Assembly: GCF_035285525.1 (NCBI RefSeq)
Contig: NZ_JAYKGW010000210.1
Location: forward strand, 88,361 to 120,360
Origin: Okeania sp.
GTDB taxonomy: Bacteria; Cyanobacteriota; Cyanobacteriia; Cyanobacteriales; Microcoleaceae
DNA length: 32,000 nucleotides
Direction of reading: 5' to 3'
Positions 28,511-32,000 of this stretch are shown piece after piece. A model generated the notes under the pieces. That model did no database searches, was not told the DNA's origin, and worked only from the letters and a program-made list of their open reading frames with translations. The position numbers were made by a program, and so were the translations under genes. Numbering within the stretch: the stretch's first letter is position 1; each line of letters starts with the position of its first letter.

Positions 28511-28541
28511 TTTTGGTAGTATAGAGCAGATTTGATGGGTA

Positions 28542-28567
28542 GGGGTTTGGTCTCCAAACCCCCTTTT
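28542..28567 (+). terminator. Candidate intrinsic terminator after opcA (the hairpin is a member of the dispersed GGGGTTTGG..CCAAACCCC repeat)
   Basis: GGGGTTTGG-TCT-CCAAACCCC (28542-28562) followed by CTTTT, 32 nt after the opcA stop. The T-tract is short. Confidence 0.4.
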
Positions 28568-28812
28568 AGTCAGCAGGACTAATATCATGTCCAGATAATT
28601 AGTGAGAAAAAAACTTGGTCCTCCTACCTCCTAGCAGGGGTTGGGGTTGGGTTGATATCAAATCCACTAGCTTTAGACAATAAGTTTGTAGAGGGTTTGG
28701 AGACCAAACCCCTACGGTCTTGAATTCTACCGATACTACCGGATTTGATATTAGGGGTGGGTTCCACATTCCCTACCCTCCCGACACTCTACTTTTTTCA
28801 GCAAACCATAAC

Positions 28813-28928
28813 TAGGGGTTTGGAGACCAAAACACTACAGTTTTGATCACAAATCATTATACTTAAACATTAGGGGTTTGGAGACCAAAACACTACAGTT
28901 TTGATCACAAATCATTATACTTAAACAA
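28813..28928. repeat. Tandem duplication of a 58-bp unit (28813-28870, 28871-28928); 57 nt identical
   Basis: TAGGGGTTTGGAGACCAAAACACTACAGTTTTGATCACAAATCATTATACTTAAACA occurs twice. The second copy contains the stop codon and last two codons of the 28921..31620 gene. Confidence 0.85.
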
Positions 28929-31620
28929 TATTAGCGATTAATCTATAACCAGTGGCACTGCTACCTACTGGAAATACTTCTAAATAATAAATGCCAGGAT
29001 CTAAAGAAGTTTGAATCACCTCTGGTTGAATATCATCCGCATTTGATTGGTTAATCAGTTCTTCATTTTCTCCATACAATTTAATTCCCAAGTTTTGCAC
29101 GAAACCATCTACAAAAATACTCACTAAACCTTCTTTCTTGACTCGGAAACGATAAAAATCTTCTGTATCTCGGTCGTTCGTTCCTGTGAGTAAGCCAATA
29201 TTATCAACTCTGGAAGTTTGCTCTAGGGAAAGAAATCCTAGATTAGTAGCATCTGCAAACTCCTCTGATGTATCTCCTTGTCCTGGATTTTGTGAATTTT
29301 GAGTTTGTGTATCATTATCGCGAATAGTTCCTATTCCCTTTCTGTCTGACAACTGAGCATTTCTGGGTTTGCTGAGATTTACCTGAAACTTCTCATTATT
29401 TTCATCATTGGTATCTCCTAGGATAGGAATACTGACTGTCTTTTTCTTTTGCCCTGGTTTAAATGTCAGAACTCCGTTTTGCTTCTGATAATCTTTTCCC
29501 GATCTAGCACTGCCATCTTTTGTGGCATAATTAACTTTGACTGTTTGACTGCTGGAGTTGTCTAATTTTACTTCAAATTCCATATTTTTCCGACCTCTGT
29601 TTCCTTCGGTTACTTTGGCGTCGCCGATGGATATTTTGGGAGTGGGAGGTTCGTCGTTATCAATGATGGTTCCTATAGCTTGTTTATCCTGGAGTTCCGC
29701 ATTTCGAGGTTTGCTGAGATTGACTTTAAATTTTTCGTTCTTTTCGTCGCGCTTATCTCCAATGATGGGAACTGGGATAGTTTTTTCGGTTTGTCCTGGT
29801 TGGAAGGTAAGGGTTCCTTTTGTCTGTTTGTAGTCTTGGTTAACTTTTGCGGTTTGGTTAGCTGTGGTGTAGTTGACTTTTACTATTTCGTCACTGGGGT
29901 TGTCTAGGGTGACTATGAATCTTGCGGTTTTGTTTTTGTTGCCTTCAGTTATTTTGGCGTCAGAGATGCTAATGTTGGGAGTGAAGTTTACGGGAGTTGT
30001 GTTGATGAGGATAGATACATCGTCTGAATATTCGTTTCCCACAGCTAGATCGGGAATGCCGTCTCCATTAAAATCTTCTGATGCTAATGGGTATGGTCCG
30101 TCTCCCACAGCAAAATTAATAGCTTGACTAAAACTACCATCACCTATTCCAGGTAATACTGATACATTGTCTGAACGCTGGTTCGCTACAGCTAGATCGG
30201 CAATGCCATCTTGATTAAAATCTTCTACTGCTACTGAGTATGGTCCGTCTCCCACATCAAAATTAATAGCTGTACCAAAACCACCAAAGCTTGTTCCTAA
30301 TAATACTGATATGTTGTCTGAACTCCAGTTTCCTACAGCAAAATCAGCAATGCCATCTTGATTAAAATCCTCTACTGCTATAGATATTGGTCTGCTTCCC
30401 ACATTATAGTTAGTAAGTTGACCAAAACTACCGTCACCTACTCCGGTTAACACTGATATGTTGTTTGAATTATTGTTTGCCACAACCAGATCGAAAATGC
30501 CATCTCTATTAAAGTCTCCTACTCCTATTGAGCGGGGGAAGGCTCCCACACGAAAGCTAGTAGCTCCACCAAAATTACCGTTACCTTCTCCCAGTAACAC
30601 TTCTATTTCACCTCTAAAACTGCTACTATTGCCTGAACTCACAGCCAAATCAACAAAGCCATCTCGATTAAAATCTTCTGCTACTATTGAGTCAGTGCGG
30701 CCTCCTACATCAAAATTAGTAGCTGCACCAAAACTACCGTCAGCTATTCCGATTAACACTGATATTTCCTCTGACAACCTGTTTGCCACAGCCAAATCAG
30801 GAATGCCATCTCCATTAAAATCCTCTACTGCTAGTGAGTCAGGATCGCCTGCAACGTCAAAATTAATAGCTGCACCAAAACTACCAAAGCTGGTTCCTAA
30901 TAATACTGATATGTTGCTGTTTGCCACAGCCAAATCGGCAATGCCATCTTGATTAAAATCTTCGACTGCTACCGCTGTAGGTGAGCTTCCCACGGTAAGA
31001 CTACCAGCTAAATCGAAATCAATCGCCTGACTCGCCTCCACCTGAAACAACAAACTCCCATCCAAAATCTCTACCACATCATCCTCATCCCGAATTCGCA
31101 AAAGCTCCCATTCGCTCAAAGGCTCACCACTCACCAACCGTTCAAATATCTTACCCTCATCTCCAGCAGAATCTTCCTCATTGAGCAACCCATCCAAATA
31201 ATGCCCAACCTCCTCCAACACCACATCCACCAAAATTCCATCTTCCGTTCCAGCCAATAAAGAATCAGCCAAATAAACCGTACCAGTCAAAACATCAAAA
31301 CCACCAAGCGCCGGATTCATGTCCGCCGTCGGCAGAACCCGAAAATCGGGCAACCTTTCCCCAGCCAAAATATCTTCAATATAATCTCTAGCAGATTCTA
31401 GATTAACCTCTGAGCCAAAAGCCGTCTGCATATCCGTAGCGAAATCTGGGGCTAAGAGAAAATCCGCCAATTCATCGCGAACCTCAGTCCAGGCATCTTG
31501 AATAACGAGGTCTGTAGTTTCCGGACTTAGGTAACTTCCTGGCCAATACTCAATTTCCGGGAAGATGGAAATTGGCTCTACCAGGAGGCTTGGGTTGTCT
31601 TCAGGTAGGGGGTTGTCCAT
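28921..31620 (-). CDS. Large extracellular-type protein: conserved cyanobacterial N-terminal domain, seven FG-GAP/VCBS repeats (beta-propeller), two Calx-beta domains and a C-terminal PPC (pre-peptidase C-terminal) domain
   Basis: 899 aa. Seven (V/A/S)(E/G)DFN.DG..D.AV.. units spaced about 50 aa apart. Two ISI.DAK.TEGN…V.V.Y.T….A….DY….G.L.F.PGQ..K…P..GD…E..E.F.V.LS.P.NA.L domains. The tail is DTEDFYRFRV…GIYYLEVFP…GYRL. No N-terminal signal peptide is evident. Confidence 0.85.
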   Translation of the reverse strand: MDNPLPEDNPSLLVEPISIFPEIEYWPGSYLSPETTDLVIQDAWTEVRDELADFLLAPDFATDMQTAFGSEVNLESARDYIEDILAGERLPDFRVLPTADMNPALGGFDVLTGTVYLADSLLAGTEDGILVDVVLEEVGHYLDGLLNEEDSAGDEGKIFERLVSGEPLSEWELLRIRDEDDVVEILDGSLLFQVEASQAIDFDLAGSLTVGSSPTAVAVEDFNQDGIADLAVANSNISVLLGTSFGSFGAAINFDVAGDPDSLAVEDFNGDGIPDLAVANRLSEEISVLIGIADGSFGAATNFDVGGRTDSIVAEDFNRDGFVDLAVSSGNSSSFRGEIEVLLGEGNGNFGGATSFRVGAFPRSIGVGDFNRDGIFDLVVANNNSNNISVLTGVGDGSFGQLTNYNVGSRPISIAVEDFNQDGIADFAVGNWSSDNISVLLGTSFGGFGTAINFDVGDGPYSVAVEDFNQDGIADLAVANQRSDNVSVLPGIGDGSFSQAINFAVGDGPYPLASEDFNGDGIPDLAVGNEYSDDVSILINTTPVNFTPNISISDAKITEGNKNKTARFIVTLDNPSDEIVKVNYTTANQTAKVNQDYKQTKGTLTFQPGQTEKTIPVPIIGDKRDEKNEKFKVNLSKPRNAELQDKQAIGTIIDNDEPPTPKISIGDAKVTEGNRGRKNMEFEVKLDNSSSQTVKVNYATKDGSARSGKDYQKQNGVLTFKPGQKKKTVSIPILGDTNDENNEKFQVNLSKPRNAQLSDRKGIGTIRDNDTQTQNSQNPGQGDTSEEFADATNLGFLSLEQTSRVDNIGLLTGTNDRDTEDFYRFRVKKEGLVSIFVDGFVQNLGIKLYGENEELINQSNADDIQPEVIQTSLDPGIYYLEVFPVGSSATGYRLIANIV

Positions 31621-31845
31621 TTTGCCTTTGGGGGTTGATGTATTTTTTGTCAGTAATTATAGCAGCTTTATTTGGATTTTGTCTAGTATTAAACCCCTTT
31701 TTTTATCAATTTACAGTTTTAGATTTTAGATTAACTGGACGAGGACTCAGGGAAATTCTGAATAATACCCCTATCTGTAGAGGGCAAATGCCATTTGCCC
31801 CTACAAAAAATGGTCGTTATGGACTTGATACGCTAAAGCTTTATG

Positions 31846-31870
31846 CTGATAACTGATAACTGATAACTGA
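31846..31870. repeat. Heptamer tandem repeat (CTGATAA)x3 plus a partial unit
   Basis: The same heptamer as upstream of opcA, adjacent to a HIP1 site (GCGATCGC) at about 31876. Confidence 0.85.
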
Positions 31871-31908
31871 AATTGGCGATCGCTTCACAATTCAGTTTGG
31901 TTGACTAT

Positions 31909-31938
31909 AAAATAAACTATTGTACAATAGTTTATTTT
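31909..31938. repeat. Perfect 30-bp palindrome AAAATAAACTATTGT|ACAATAGTTTATTTT
   Basis: The two halves are exact reverse complements. The core CTATTGTACAATAG is shared with the 16000-16440 repeat cluster. Confidence 0.9.
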
Positions 31939-32000
31939 GAGAATCGAGACTGACGCAGAATATGAAAAATATGGTTATTTTTAGGGGTTAACGGCGATTC

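Noticed and set aside
29558-30952. Four + strand ORFs (29558..29833, 29680..29907, 29873..30127, 30458..30952) inside the exoprotein gene
   Set aside because: All lie antisense within a well-supported 899-aa gene. Their low-complexity, repetitive peptides mirror the FG-GAP and Calx-beta repeat periodicity.
31572-31856. ORF 31572..31856 (+)
   Set aside because: It starts antisense inside the 5' end of the exoprotein gene and runs through the TGTAGAGGGCAAATG hairpin repeat. It is most likely promoter or 5' region DNA.
1-32000. tRNA, rRNA, tmRNA, RNase P RNA, intact IS/transposase, integrase, prophage, restriction-modification, toxin-antitoxin or other defence-system genes
   Set aside because: No characteristic conserved boxes (for example the GGTTCGAATCC T-arm or RNase P GAGGAAAGTCC) and no ORFs with matching motifs were seen on either strand. 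I cannot support a novel multi-gene system in this window.

Overview
AT-rich cyanobacterial chromosome segment, most likely from a heterocyst-forming Nostocales genome. Evidence: nine HIP1 octamers (GCGATCGC) by my reading, many 7-nt STRR-type tandem repeats, and the Nostoc/Anabaena-type oxidative pentose phosphate operon fbp-tal-zwf-opcA on the + strand (21257-28510). Other recognisable genes are a B12-domain/radical SAM protein, a DUF1830 protein, a membrane protein plus ABC ATPase pair, an OmpR-type response regulator with a degenerate receiver, a bolA-grxD pair, a HAD hydrolase, a Dabb protein and a large FG-GAP/Calx-beta/PPC exoprotein. The dominant character of the window is erosion and repeat invasion. 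The intact CDSs I accept sum to about 15.5 kb (about 48% of 32 kb). Three genes are visibly broken: an Rpn/DUF4351-like nuclease-transposase, a PhnZ-like HD oxygenase and phnM. Almost every intergenic spacer holds MITE-like elements from at least four families, hairpin repeats, heptamer arrays or recent tandem duplications. I see no rRNA, tRNA, CRISPR, intact IS/transposase, prophage or recognisable defence/toxin system. The most unusual structure is a roughly 690-bp two-module tandem hairpin array that fills the zwf-opcA spacer and is bracketed by inverted heptamer arrays. All family assignments come from motif recognition by eye; no database search was possible.
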